From NCBI GenBank assembly GCA_024638565.1, contig JAHEKC010000006.1:1-63888 (forward strand): a DNA stretch of 63,888 bases, in the 5' to 3' direction. This DNA comes from Bacteroidota bacterium. Lineage in GTDB: Bacteria; Bacteroidota; Bacteroidia; AKYH767-A; OLB10. Under the pieces are notes generated by a model. It did not search any database, was not told where the DNA came from, and worked only from the letters and a program-made list of their open reading frames with translations. Both the position numbers and the translations under genes were made by a program. The number at the start of each line of letters is the position of its first letter. Position 1 is the first letter of the stretch. This document shows positions 52,472 to 62,698 of this stretch, piece by piece.

Positions 52472-52549
52472 AGATGATGATTAAAAAGTTAGAAATCGTT
52501 GAATCAAAAAAGCAAGGCAAAGGTAAGGAAATACAGGTTTTCCGGCCTT

Positions 52550-53461
52550 TCAGCCGGCAGTGAGGCGATGGAACACCTCCTCCAGGCTGTGTTCCTCCAC
52601 GTCGAGCTTCAGCACGGCCAGCCCGTTATCCACGGCGAAGCGGAAAAGCGGCTCGCGGAGATCGGCGCCGTCTGCCGCACGCACCCTCCACCTGCCCTGC
52701 TCCAGTTCGGCGCTGTCCACTCCCGGAAGCTGCTCCAGCGTCTTCCTGCCTATCTTCTTGTCGAATTCAACGACGAATATCCGCCCGCCGGACATCTTCC
52801 TGCGCATCACCTGCGTCTCATCGTCCGCCACGATCACGCCCCGGTTGACGATAATGACCCGGTCACATATCGCCTCCACCTCCTGCATGATATGGGTCGA
52901 CAGGATTACCGTCTTCTGCTTTCCCAGCTCACGGATCAGCGCGCGGATGTCGAGCAGCTGGTTCGGATCAAGGCCGGAGGTGGGTTCATCCATGATCAGT
53001 ACCGAGGGATCATGGATCATGGCCTGCGCCAGCCCCACACGCTGCCGGTAGCCACGTGACAGGGCGCCGATCTTCTTCTTTACCTCGGGACCAAGACCCG
53101 TCACCTCCACCATCTTGTCCACCCGGCCTCCGATCTTCCGACGTTCCAGCTTATGCAACCCTGCAATAAATTCAAGGTATTCCCGCACATACATGTCATG
53201 GTACAGGGGATTGTGTTCGGGAAGGTATCCTACCTGTCTCCGGACCTCTACCGGGTGATCGATCACGTCGTGCCCGTTTACCGTGACATCACCTGACGAG
53301 GCTGGGATGTAACAACAGATGATTTTCATCATCGTGGACTTGCCGGCCCCGTTGGGTCCGAGGAACCCCACCACCTGGTTGGTGGCCACACCGAAACTCA
53401 CGTTGTCCAGCGCGCGCTGCTCACCGTAAAGCTTGGTAACTCCCCTGACGTCGATTCCCAT
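52550..53461 (-). CDS. gldA: gliding-motility-associated ABC transporter ATP-binding subunit GldA
   Basis: ATG at 53461 gives MGIDVRGVTKLYGEQRALDNVSF. Walker A is GPNGAGKST and the ABC signature is LSRGYRQRVGLA. DMYVREYLEF and the C-terminal FAVDNGLAVLKLDVEEHSLEEVFHRLT are collinear with F. johnsoniae GldA as I recall it. The track start at 53572 overlaps rsgA. Confidence 0.7.
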   Translation of the reverse strand: MGIDVRGVTKLYGEQRALDNVSFGVATNQVVGFLGPNGAGKSTMMKIICCYIPASSGDVTVNGHDVIDHPVEVRRQVGYLPEHNPLYHDMYVREYLEFIAGLHKLERRKIGGRVDKMVEVTGLGPEVKKKIGALSRGYRQRVGLAQAMIHDPSVLIMDEPTSGLDPNQLLDIRALIRELGKQKTVILSTHIMQEVEAICDRVIIVNRGVIVADDETQVMRRKMSGGRIFVVEFDKKIGRKTLEQLPGVDSAELEQGRWRVRAADGADLREPLFRFAVDNGLAVLKLDVEEHSLEEVFHRLTAG

Positions 53462-53536
53462 GACCTGTTTGTGACTGAGTGAACAAAAATAGGAATATTG
53501 AACTGCAGGGTTCTTACTTTCTATCTTTGAGCATCC

Positions 53537-54454
53537 ATGACCGGTACAGTTATCAAATCCACAGGCAGCCATTACGAGGTGATGGCCGGCGAGGATTTGT
53601 TTACATGCAGGTTAAGGGGCTCATTCCGCAAGAAAGGCGGCGGCGCCACTAACCCCCTCGTTGTGGGCGACATGGTGGATTTCGATGCGCCGGAAACCGG
53701 GGAAGCGGGCATGATCACCCGCATCCATGACCGGAAAAACTACATCATCAGGAAGGCCACCAAGCTGTCAAGCCAGGTACAGGTGATCGCCGCCAACCTT
53801 GACCTGGCCCTCGTGCTGGCCACCCCGGTGCTGCCACGAACCAGCGCCGGGTTTATAGACCGCTTCCTGGCCACCGCAGAAGCCTATTCCATACCGGCCG
53901 GCATCATTTTCAACAAATCGGACCTGTATGACGACGCCGTCGCTGAACATGTACGCATGCTTTCAGAAATGTACACCGGCATCGGTTACCGTTGCTTTTC
54001 CATCTCCGCACTGACCGGGAAAGGACTCGGTCCCCTGCGGGATGCGCTCCGCGCGCAGGTGACCCTGCTCACCGGTCACAGCGGCACGGGAAAGTCCACC
54101 CTCATCAATGCCCTGGTACCGGGACTCGGCATCCGCACCTCGCAGATCTCCGAGACGCATCTCAAGGGCACCCATACCACCACCTTCGCAGAGATGCACC
54201 CGCTGCCGGGGGGCGGTTACCTGATTGACACTCCCGGAATCCGCGAGTTCGGCGTGGTGGACTTCGACCGCCGGGAGGTATACCACTTCTTCCCCGAGAT
54301 CTTCAAGGTGGCCAAAGGGTGTCGCTTCTATAACTGCATGCATGTAAATGAGAAGGACTGTGCGGTGCTTCAAGCGGTCGAACAGGGCGGGATCCATCCT
54401 TCCCGGTACCACAGCTACCTGAGCATATACCACAATGAAGATGTGTTCAGTTAG
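53537..54454 (+). CDS. rsgA: ribosome small-subunit-dependent GTPase A
   Basis: An OB-fold N-terminus, circularly permuted GTPase motifs (NKSDL ... GHSGTGKSTLINAL) and the zinc knuckle CRFYNCMHVNEKDCAV. Confidence 0.9.
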   Translation: MTGTVIKSTGSHYEVMAGEDLFTCRLRGSFRKKGGGATNPLVVGDMVDFDAPETGEAGMITRIHDRKNYIIRKATKLSSQVQVIAANLDLALVLATPVLPRTSAGFIDRFLATAEAYSIPAGIIFNKSDLYDDAVAEHVRMLSEMYTGIGYRCFSISALTGKGLGPLRDALRAQVTLLTGHSGTGKSTLINALVPGLGIRTSQISETHLKGTHTTTFAEMHPLPGGGYLIDTPGIREFGVVDFDRREVYHFFPEIFKVAKGCRFYNCMHVNEKDCAVLQAVEQGGIHPSRYHSYLSIYHNEDVFS

Positions 54455-54469
54455 TCTTATCGTTGCATC

Positions 54470-54922
54470 ATGAGGGCTGTTATCCAGCGGGTTTCAGGCG
54501 CCACCGTTTCTTCGGCCGGCAAGGAATCACAAACGATAGGGCATGGCCTTGTGATCCTTCTTGGCGTGACTGACGAAGATGAAAGGGACGACATTGAATG
54601 GCTTTGTGACAAGATTTGTCACATGAGAATTTTTGACGACAGCAGCGGTGTGATGAATGATTCGGTCATCGATACGGGTGGCGCCCTCCTTGTGGTCAGC
54701 CAGTTCACCCTGCTGGCCTCCACCAGGAAAGGCAAACGGCCATCCTACATTCGGGCCGCGCGCCCGGAAAAGGCCATTCCACTGTACGAGCTTTTCATCG
54801 CCCGGATCACGGCGACGTCCGGCCTGCCCGTGCGCACGGGTTGGTTCGGCGCCCGTATGACCGTGCGGCTGGACAATGAAGGACCCGTGACTATCCTGCT
54901 GGACAGCAAACAGAAAGAGTGA
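54470..54922 (+). CDS. dtd: D-aminoacyl-tRNA deacylase
   Basis: MRAVIQRV start, SQFTL and the GPVT motif near the C-terminus. Length is 150 aa. Confidence 0.9.
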   Translation: MRAVIQRVSGATVSSAGKESQTIGHGLVILLGVTDEDERDDIEWLCDKICHMRIFDDSSGVMNDSVIDTGGALLVVSQFTLLASTRKGKRPSYIRAARPEKAIPLYELFIARITATSGLPVRTGWFGARMTVRLDNEGPVTILLDSKQKE

Positions 54923-55012
54923 TTTCCATGTTCCGTGACCGGCTTCTGCATACCCTGAACCCCTGCCCTAACGCCGTATGACCGGCAGACTAAACTTTTA
55001 ACCTCTCCCACC

Positions 55013-55351
55013 ATGACCATAACCGAACTTCAGAAAACCATAGACCAGTGGATTCACGAACATGGCGTACGTTACTTCAGCGAGCTCACCAACATGGCCC
55101 TGCTTACCGAGGAAACCGGTGAGCTGGCCCGTGTGATCGCACGGACCTACGGCGAACAGTCCTTTAAGGAAAACGAGAAAAACCTGGATCTTGCGGGTGA
55201 AATGGCGGATGTCCTGTTTGTGCTGGTATGCCTGGCTAACCAGACCGGGGTCGACCTGGAAAAGGCGATGCACGAGGCGCTGGCACGTAAGACCAGCAGG
55301 GACAGGAAGCGGCACAAGGGTAACCCGAAGCTTGGGAATGCGAAGCAGTAG
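55013..55351 (+). CDS. MazG-like nucleotide pyrophosphohydrolase (small all-alpha NTP-PPase)
   Basis: LTEETGELARVI ... EMADVLFVLVCLAN (E-x-x-E / E-x-x-D metal motifs). Length is 112 aa. Confidence 0.75.
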   Translation: MTITELQKTIDQWIHEHGVRYFSELTNMALLTEETGELARVIARTYGEQSFKENEKNLDLAGEMADVLFVLVCLANQTGVDLEKAMHEALARKTSRDRKRHKGNPKLGNAKQ

Positions 55352-55588
55352 CGGTGGCAGCAGCAGTAAAGTTTTGCGACCGGACCGCTATGGTTACTGT
55401 AACATAACAGGCCACCGCGGACTTGAGACCGGACGGGTTCAACAGGAGGCCTGGTGCTGCCCTGTTCGGAAGAGTTGCTGCACCACGAATGTCATCACGG
55501 CAACTTAAGATTGCCCCGGGCTTTAGCCCCGGGGAGATCAGCTAAAACAGCCTTTTGTCGTCCCCGTCACTACATCCCGAGGGTCCAT

Positions 55589-55615
55589 AAAAAAAACCGG
55601 CCACCAGGGCCGGTT
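55589..55615 (-). terminator. rho-independent terminator of rpoD
   Basis: On the minus strand aaccggcc-ctggt-ggccggtt is followed by a T run of 8, counting the two T that close the stem. It begins 30 nt after the stop codon. Confidence 0.8.
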
Positions 55616-55644
55616 CGGAGTTGTTGCAGAACTTCCTTCCTGCG

Positions 55645-56517
55645 TTATTGTGCGATATAAGACCTGAGCAGGTTGCCTTTCGCGGCAGAATGCCGCAACC
55701 GCTTGATGCCACTGTCCTTGATCTGGCGCACCCGCTCACGGGTCATATTGAGCTTGGTGCTGATCTCTTCCAGCGTGAAGGCACGTGATTCTCCAATGCC
55801 GTAAAAAAGGCGGAGCACATCACTTTCTTTCGGTGGCAGTGAATTAAGCGAGCGCATGACATCCCGGTGCAGCGATTCGTGCATCAGCATGTCATCCGTA
55901 TGTGGCGTGGTGGTGTTGGCCATGACGTCCAGCAGGCTGCCGGAGTCTTCCTTTGAGTCCAGGGGTGCGTCCACGGAAACGGCCTTGCCGGAGGTTCCCA
56001 TGACTTCCGAGATCTGGTCCTTCGTCATCTCAAGCACCTTGGAGAGTTCGTCTGCGCTCGGTTCCCGTTCATATTCCTGCTCCAGTTGCACGAATGCCTT
56101 CCGGATTTTATTGAGGGCCCCCAGCTTGTTGAGCGGCAGGCGGACAATACGCGCCTGCTCGGCCAGCGCCTGCAGGATAGACTGCCGGATCCACCAAACT
56201 GCATAAGAGATAAACTTGAAACCTTTCGTCTCGTCGAACTTCTTGGCGGCCTTTATAAGTCCCAGGTTGCCTTCATTGATAAGGTCCAGCAGGCTGAGGC
56301 CCTGGTTCTGGTATTGCTTGGCAACGGAAACCACGAATCGAAGATTAGCCTTGACGAGCTTGTCCAGGGCGGCATGATCACCATCGCGGATCCTCCTGGC
56401 CAGCCTGGGTTCCTCATCCGGGGTAATCATGGACTCCTTGGCGATGTCCTGAAGGTACTTCTCCAGTGACGCGCTGTCCCGGTTCGTGATGGATTGTGTG
56501 ATTTTTAGTTGCCTCAT
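55645..56517 (-). CDS. rpoD: primary RNA polymerase sigma factor (Bacteroidota sigma-A, short RpoD)
   Basis: [25 protein letters not shown], region 2 [38 protein letters not shown] and region 4.2 [19 protein letters not shown]. Confidence 0.9.
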   Translation of the reverse strand: MRQLKITQSITNRDSASLEKYLQDIAKESMITPDEEPRLARRIRDGDHAALDKLVKANLRFVVSVAKQYQNQGLSLLDLINEGNLGLIKAAKKFDETKGFKFISYAVWWIRQSILQALAEQARIVRLPLNKLGALNKIRKAFVQLEQEYEREPSADELSKVLEMTKDQISEVMGTSGKAVSVDAPLDSKEDSGSLLDVMANTTTPHTDDMLMHESLHRDVMRSLNSLPPKESDVLRLFYGIGESRAFTLEEISTKLNMTRERVRQIKDSGIKRLRHSAAKGNLLRSYIAQ

Positions 56518-56805
56518 GTGTATGGTTATAAATAATTGTCAATCAACCTTTTAATGCTCCCGGCGCCTTTTCCCGGCGCCCCTGCAAATATGCTTCCCGA
56601 ATGCCAACCTGAGAACAAACGAAGGCGGATCAGGTTTATTTTAATCGGCCGGCATGATCCAGGAGAGCAATCAAATGACTTAAAATCAGAATATTAAAGT
56701 AGCTCCCGCCCCGCTTTCCAAGGCCTGCAATATACGTGTCCATCCAGACATTACAATGGCCGAATTTGTTTTTTTTAACCGCGCAGGGTGAATTACCTGC
56801 CTAGT

Positions 56806-58110
56806 TCAGTGCTTCTTGCGGAAATAGAGGGAGATGGGTACCCCCTCGAAATCGAACACCTCCCGCATCTTGTTTTCCAGGTACCTGCGGTACGACTCCT
56901 TAATATACTGGGGCAGGTTGGCGAAAAGCACGAATTGCGGTGTCTTGCCGGGAAGCTGGGTGATGTAATTGATGCGAATGGTTTTCCCCTTTACCGAGGG
57001 CGGCTGGTAGGCCTCGATGAACGGCAGCACCTTGCGGTTGAGTTCGGAGGTGGAGATACGTTGTTTCCGCCGTTCGTGCACCCTGATTGCTGTTTCCAGG
57101 CTTTTGTGGATCCGTTGCATCCCTGTCACGGAGGTGTACAAAACGGGGACATCATTGAAAGGCGCCAGGCGGTCGCGCACCGCCTTCGTAAAGAATTCCG
57201 TGTTCTTCTGCTCGCCTGTCACCAGGTCCCATTTGTTCACCAGGATCACGACGCCCTTCCGGTTCTTTTCCGCCAGGTGGAAAATATTTACGTCCTGCAA
57301 GGTGATCCCCTGTGTGGCGTCAATCATCAGCAGGCATACATCCGACATCTCGATAGCCCGGATGGCCCGCAGCACGGAAAAGAATTCGAGGTCCTCGTGC
57401 ACTTTTTGTTTTTTCCGCAGGCCCGCCGTGTCGACAAGATAAAAGTCGAACCCGTAGGCCGTGTAGCGTACAAACAGGGCGTCCCGCGTGGTGCCGGCTT
57501 CCGGATTTACAATGCTCCGTTTGTGTCCCAGCAATGCATTCAACAGGGAGGACTTGCCCACGTTGGGTTGCCCGATGATGGCCAGCCGCGGTATCCCCTC
57601 CTCGGGTGGCTGCTCGTCCTTCAGGTGGATGATCACCTCGTCGAGCAGTTCGCCAGTCCCGGACCCACTGGCGGCGGAGATACTGAATACCTCTCCGAAA
57701 CCGAGCTTATAGAACTCAGCGGCAAGGGGCAGCCGGTCATGTGTATCGACCTTGTTGGCTACCAGGACTGTCTTCTTACCCGACTTCCTGAGCAGGCGGG
57801 CCACATTCTCATCCAGGTCTGTAACCCCCGTGGTCACATCCACCATGAACATGACCACCGCCGATTCCGCTATGGCCAGCTCAACCTGTTCCCGGATCGC
57901 ATCGGCAAACTTGTCTTTCTTGTCCCGCACATATCCGCCGGTATCAATAACGGAAAATGCTTTTCCCGCCCAGTCGGCATGCCCATAATGCCTGTCGCGG
58001 GTGACACCCGGCACCGAATCAACGATCGCACTGGTGCTTTCCGTAAGCCTGTTGAATAAGGTACTTTTGCCGACATTGGGCCGGCCCACGATAGCGACGA
58101 TGGAGGACAT
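56806..58110 (-). CDS. der: ribosome biogenesis GTPase Der (EngA)
   Basis: Two tandem G domains (GRPNVGKSTLFN and GQPNVGKSSLLN) plus a KH-like C-terminus. Confidence 0.95.
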   Translation of the reverse strand: MSSIVAIVGRPNVGKSTLFNRLTESTSAIVDSVPGVTRDRHYGHADWAGKAFSVIDTGGYVRDKKDKFADAIREQVELAIAESAVVMFMVDVTTGVTDLDENVARLLRKSGKKTVLVANKVDTHDRLPLAAEFYKLGFGEVFSISAASGSGTGELLDEVIIHLKDEQPPEEGIPRLAIIGQPNVGKSSLLNALLGHKRSIVNPEAGTTRDALFVRYTAYGFDFYLVDTAGLRKKQKVHEDLEFFSVLRAIRAIEMSDVCLLMIDATQGITLQDVNIFHLAEKNRKGVVILVNKWDLVTGEQKNTEFFTKAVRDRLAPFNDVPVLYTSVTGMQRIHKSLETAIRVHERRKQRISTSELNRKVLPFIEAYQPPSVKGKTIRINYITQLPGKTPQFVLFANLPQYIKESYRRYLENKMREVFDFEGVPISLYFRKKH

Positions 58111-58243
58111 AAAATGCTATAATGCTGAAAACGAACCCGGTTTAATCCCGGCGACCCGCGGTGGCCGCAAAGCTATACCAAAAGGTCCAAAGACCCGCCT
58201 CCCGGACACAATAACCGGCCCTGTAAACCGTTTCGCAATAATT

Positions 58244-58666
58244 ATGAAACGTGTCATCCTGGTCATTGTACTCATCAACCTTTTCATCGCCACCGGCTGC
58301 GGGCTCACGCGGGTGGATCCCGCCGAGGGCAAACAGATCACGAAGTCACTCATGGAGGACCGGAAAAAGGGCAATCTCGACAACCTTGGCGACTATTACC
58401 TGTCCACCTACCTCGCACAGGAGTCGGTTGAAAGCATGGCGGAGAAACTTCGCAAGATCGAGGAAGTGGCCGGCAGGGTACAGTCGTATGAGCTGGTAAA
58501 GGAAGAGCAGTTTTACGACGAGGGCACTGCCTACCATCAGCTCGTGCTGGAGTACAAGGTCAAATGCGACCGGACCACCCTGCGGGAAACCTACATCGTG
58601 GTCAAGGATGAGGGGCGGACCGGCATCCTGGCACAGGATACCCAGAATTGGGAGATGGCTGAGTGA
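58244..58666 (+). CDS. hypothetical lipoprotein
   Basis: ATG at 58244 gives MKRVILVIVLINLFIATGC (lipobox). The track ORF from 58001 overlaps der. Confidence 0.5.
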   Translation: MKRVILVIVLINLFIATGCGLTRVDPAEGKQITKSLMEDRKKGNLDNLGDYYLSTYLAQESVESMAEKLRKIEEVAGRVQSYELVKEEQFYDEGTAYHQLVLEYKVKCDRTTLRETYIVVKDEGRTGILAQDTQNWEMAE

Positions 58667-58819
58667 TCGTCCTTTTACAGGTCTTGCGCCACTAACTCGC
58701 GAAACCACCTTCCCATGTCCCGGTCAAGCGACAGCGGCAGGAGGCAGCAAGGATGTACACGTGTCTTTAATTCCAAAAGGCATTTTTAGTTACATTAGCG
58801 CGAGTCCCGGCTGCGGTTC

Positions 58820-59665
58820 ATGAACAAATTCCTGCAACAGCCCATCCTCACGGTGGGTGAATACACCCTTACGTTTGAGAGCGTCATAGGTGTCATCATT
58901 ACGATCGTAATCACCATGACGGTGCTTTTCCTGTTCAGGACCGTGCTGCTGCGCCGGCCAAGCCTGACCGTGAGCGAACGGGGACGGCGAAACTCCTTCT
59001 ACCTGCTCATCAAATACTTCCTGATTGTCATTGCATTTACGGCCTGTATTGAAATCCTAGGCTTCAAGATAACCATCCTGCTTGCAGGTTCCGCCGCGTT
59101 GCTGGTTGGCCTCGGGCTGGGGGTGCAGGATATTTTCAAGGATTACGTCTCCGGACTCTTTCTTCTTTTTGAACGTACGATCAAGGTGGGCGACATCATG
59201 GAGGTTGGCGAAGTAGTGGGGCGTGTACAGCATATCAGCCTGCGCTCCTCAATTCTTCATTCGCGCGACGGGATGGACATCATCATTCCCAACCACAAGT
59301 TCATCACGGAGAATGTCATTAACTGGAGTCACCAGTCATTTACCTGCCGGTTTGAAATTGATGTGGGGGTGGCCTATGATTCGGATGTGGAAAAGGTACG
59401 CGATATCCTGTTGCAATCTGCGAACGAACAACCGCAGATCACGAATAACGAGTTGTTCAAGCCGTCTGTCAGGCTGCAGAAATTCGGTGACAGCGCTCTC
59501 GAGTTCAGATTGCTTATTTGGACGGATGAGATCTTCAGGGTAGAGCGAGTGAAAAGCCAGATTCGTTTCAGGATTGTAAGGTATTTCAGGGAACAGGGCG
59601 TAACCATCCCGTTCCCACAAAGGGATCTGCATGTAAAGGACATGCCGCCGTCAATAAATGGATGA
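58820..59665 (+). CDS. mechanosensitive ion channel (MscS family)
   Basis: Three N-terminal TM helices followed by the MscS beta-domain pattern IKVGDIMEVGEVVGRVQHISLRSSILHSRDGMDIIIPN. Confidence 0.85.
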   Translation: MNKFLQQPILTVGEYTLTFESVIGVIITIVITMTVLFLFRTVLLRRPSLTVSERGRRNSFYLLIKYFLIVIAFTACIEILGFKITILLAGSAALLVGLGLGVQDIFKDYVSGLFLLFERTIKVGDIMEVGEVVGRVQHISLRSSILHSRDGMDIIIPNHKFITENVINWSHQSFTCRFEIDVGVAYDSDVEKVRDILLQSANEQPQITNNELFKPSVRLQKFGDSALEFRLLIWTDEIFRVERVKSQIRFRIVRYFREQGVTIPFPQRDLHVKDMPPSING

Positions 59666-59814
59666 TTGATAGTGAATAAAATTCCGTGATCCGCGACCAG
59701 TCGTGGTTTTTATTCGTTTCATTAAGCGCATCAAACCTGAAATCATAAATCGCTATTCCCTGCAGCAAGCAATGACGATTATCCTTAATCCCGAACTTTA
59801 ATCCCCGCAATCCA

Positions 59815-61089
59815 TTGGAATTCTCCGTATACAACCTCCTCGTGCTGCTGTGTGTGATCACCCTCGCGAGCTACCTTTTCAACTTCATTTCCGAAAAACT
59901 CAAAATCCCATCCGTAATCCTGCTGATGGGTACCGGCCTGGCCCTGCGGTATGCCTCGGAATATTTTCAGTTCGATGTGCCGCCCATGCGCAATGCACTG
60001 GAATTCCTGGGTGTACTGGGGCTGATCATGATCGTGCTCGAAGGGTCGCTCGACCTGAAGATCAGCAGGCGCAAGGCAGGTTTGATATTCAGGTCGCTGT
60101 TCGCAGCGGTGGCTGTATTGCTGGCCACCTCCTGCTCCATCGCCTGGATCCTCTCGGAGCTTAACGGCATTTCTTTTACCCTGGGCCTGGTTTACGCGGT
60201 GCCGCTGGGCGTGATCAGCTCTGCCATCGCCATTCCAAGTGCAGGAAAGCTGGACGAACATAAAAAGGAGTTTATCATTTACGAATCGACGTTTTCCGAC
60301 ATATGCGGCATCATGTTGTTCAACTATGTCATTGCGGACAACATCATGACAAAGGAGTCCTTCCAGGTGTTTTTCATGAATACGGCCTGGATCATGCTGA
60401 TCTCGGTATTGTGCACGGGACTGCTGTTGTGGCTTTTCAACCACCTGGGCGGCCATTCAAAGATCTTCCTGATTTTCTCCCTGCTTATCCTCGTTTACAT
60501 ATTCGGGAAGTCGTTCCACCTTCCCTCCCTGCTGCTGATCCTGGTTTTCGGGCTGGTCATCAACAACATTCAGCCATACCTGCGCGGCAGGCTTCAGGGA
60601 TTCCTGCACCCGGAAAAACTCGGGATCATCACCGGGGAACTGAAAACCATGACCCATGAACTGGCCTTCCTGATCCGGACCTTCTTCTTTCTCATCTTCG
60701 GTTTTAACATAGATCTGTCGTTGCTGGTATCGCCTGATGTAATCGGCACCGGTATGCTGATCATCGTCGTGATCATGGTGATCCGGGCGCTCACATTGCG
60801 CTTTGTTTCACGGATCAACATTTTCCCGGAGATTTTCATCGCGCCGCGCGGGCTCATCACCGTCCTGCTTTTCTACAGCATCCCGCTGCACCTGCAAACC
60901 GAGAACTTCAAGGAAGGGGTGCTCACGTTCGTCATCCTCGCCTCCACGGTCATCATGGGGTTTGGCATCCTGTTTACCCGCAAAACATACAAGGCCGCCG
61001 ACGACCTGGCGCAGCCCTTGCAGGGTGAAAGCACGGACGAAGATGGGACAGCGATTGAAAATGAAGGGGCAGGCCGGCCCGTTTCCTGA
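59815..61089 (+). CDS. cation:proton antiporter (Na+/H+ exchanger family)
   Basis: A protein with ~11-12 TM helices. It has a TTG start. The N-terminus LASYLFNFISEKLKIPSVILLMGTGLAL is typical of CPA-type exchangers. Confidence 0.75.
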   Translation: MEFSVYNLLVLLCVITLASYLFNFISEKLKIPSVILLMGTGLALRYASEYFQFDVPPMRNALEFLGVLGLIMIVLEGSLDLKISRRKAGLIFRSLFAAVAVLLATSCSIAWILSELNGISFTLGLVYAVPLGVISSAIAIPSAGKLDEHKKEFIIYESTFSDICGIMLFNYVIADNIMTKESFQVFFMNTAWIMLISVLCTGLLLWLFNHLGGHSKIFLIFSLLILVYIFGKSFHLPSLLLILVFGLVINNIQPYLRGRLQGFLHPEKLGIITGELKTMTHELAFLIRTFFFLIFGFNIDLSLLVSPDVIGTGMLIIVVIMVIRALTLRFVSRINIFPEIFIAPRGLITVLLFYSIPLHLQTENFKEGVLTFVILASTVIMGFGILFTRKTYKAADDLAQPLQGESTDEDGTAIENEGAGRPVS

Positions 61090-61113
61090 AAAGAGAATTC
61101 AGCCGATCAGGGA

Positions 61114-61794
61114 TCAGTTGTTACTGGCAGGGGAAGCCTTATGCTTGTGTTTCATCACCTTGGCCTCGATATAGAAAATGATTTCCTCTGCGATATTTTT
61201 ACTCTGGTCCCCCACCCGCTCCAGCTTTCTCACGGATGACAGGGTGTATAACGCCTGCTCGGTATTGTCCGGATTTTTCCTGATGTAATCCGCGATCACC
61301 TGGTTGGCCTTTTCATTGATCTCATCCAGGTAGTCGTCGCGTTTGAAAATTGTCCGGACCACACGGGTATCGTCCGTTTCAAAAGCGCTCAGCAGGTCCA
61401 CCAGCATTTCATTAGCCTCCTCGAACATTTCGACCAGCTGTATCTTTTTCAGCAACTCCTTGTCGAATGCCTTGGTGGACTCGGTGATAAACCGGGCAAT
61501 CCCGTCGGCAATGTCGCCGGTACGTTCCAGGTTATTGTTGATCTTGAGAACTGCAAGTACAAACCTCAGGTCCACGGCCACCGGGTTCTGGAGGGCGAAT
61601 ATATTCTCACAATCCCGGTCAATCTTTAGCTCGAGTGAATTTACCCGCTTCTCCCGCGCATGAACTTCAAATGCCAGGTCCTGGTCATAACTAACGAGGG
61701 CTATATGGGTTTTTTTTAGCTGGGAAATGACAAGATTCCACATGGCGACAATGTCTTCCTTCAGCTGCTGCAGTTCTACGTCGAGATGTGTCAT
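61114..61794 (-). CDS. phoU: phosphate signalling complex protein PhoU
   Basis: A duplicated three-helix-bundle sequence with two E(R)xGD motifs (LERTGDIADGI and LERVGDQSKNI). It lies directly downstream of pstB. Confidence 0.9.
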   Translation of the reverse strand: MTHLDVELQQLKEDIVAMWNLVISQLKKTHIALVSYDQDLAFEVHAREKRVNSLELKIDRDCENIFALQNPVAVDLRFVLAVLKINNNLERTGDIADGIARFITESTKAFDKELLKKIQLVEMFEEANEMLVDLLSAFETDDTRVVRTIFKRDDYLDEINEKANQVIADYIRKNPDNTEQALYTLSSVRKLERVGDQSKNIAEEIIFYIEAKVMKHKHKASPASNN

Positions 61795-61808
61795 GATAGA
61801 ATGTATAA

Positions 61809-62669
61809 TTAACCGAATCGTCCGGTGATGTAGTTTTGTGTTTGTTCTTTTCTCGGGTTTGTAAATATCTCCTTCGTAGCGCCGTATTCGATCAGCTCTC
61901 CCATGTAAAAGAATGCGGTGCTGTCACTGATGCGGCCAGCCTGCTGCATGTTGTGCGTTACGATGACAATCGTGTATTTCTTCTTCAGGTCATACACCAG
62001 GTCCTCGATCTTCGAGGTGCTGATGGGGTCGAGTGCCGAGGCCGGCTCGTCCATCAACAGCACGGAAGGCGACACAGAAAGTGCCCGTGCAATGCAAAGC
62101 CGCTGTTGCTGTCCGCCGGAAAGCTCGAATGCCGACTTCTTCAGCTTGTCCTTCACCTCGTCCCACAGGGCGGACTGGACCAGCGAATGTTCCACTCGCT
62201 CCGCGATAAACTTGTTATCCTTCACGCCATTGACACGCAGCCCGTAGGCCACGTTTTCGAAGATCGACTTCGGAAACGGGTTCGGCTTCTGGAATACCAT
62301 GCCCACTTCCTTCCGGAGCTTGTCCACCTTCGTTTTCCTGCTGTATATGTTTTCCCCGTCAATCAGCACCTTTCCCTCGATCCGGGTACCATCAATCAGG
62401 TCGTTCATGCGGTTGAACAACCTCAGGTATGTAGATTTCCCGCATCCTGACGGCCCGATCAGCGCCGTAACCGAATTGGCATTGATGCTGAGGGAAACAT
62501 CCTTTAGCGCCTGGAAATCGTAATAAAACAGGTTTACGTTCTCCGTCTGGATCTTGTAAACCGACTCCACTCCGTCAGACGCAACTGAACCATTCACGGC
62601 ATTGCCCGGCGCCGCAGCTCCGGTTTGCACCTGGGCGGAATTTTCGGTGGGAATCATCGTGGTGTCCAA
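61809..62669 (-). CDS. pstB: phosphate ABC transporter ATP-binding protein
   Basis: Walker [10 protein letters not shown], signature [15 protein letters not shown] and the C-terminal YITGRFG typical of PstB. There is a ~30-aa N-terminal extension and the start is uncertain. Confidence 0.9.
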   Translation of the reverse strand: MDTTMIPTENSAQVQTGAAAPGNAVNGSVASDGVESVYKIQTENVNLFYYDFQALKDVSLSINANSVTALIGPSGCGKSTYLRLFNRMNDLIDGTRIEGKVLIDGENIYSRKTKVDKLRKEVGMVFQKPNPFPKSIFENVAYGLRVNGVKDNKFIAERVEHSLVQSALWDEVKDKLKKSAFELSGGQQQRLCIARALSVSPSVLLMDEPASALDPISTSKIEDLVYDLKKKYTIVIVTHNMQQAGRISDSTAFFYMGELIEYGATKEIFTNPRKEQTQNYITGRFG

Positions 62670-62698
62670 TGCAAATTAATGATAATAAACGAACCGGG

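Noticed and set aside
52472-52549. Possible SAM riboswitch in the metK leader.
   Set aside because: Only 78 nt separate metK from the upstream gldA stop, which is too short for SAM-I. I could not recognise SAM-II/SAM-V pseudoknot signatures by eye. An Rfam scan would settle it.
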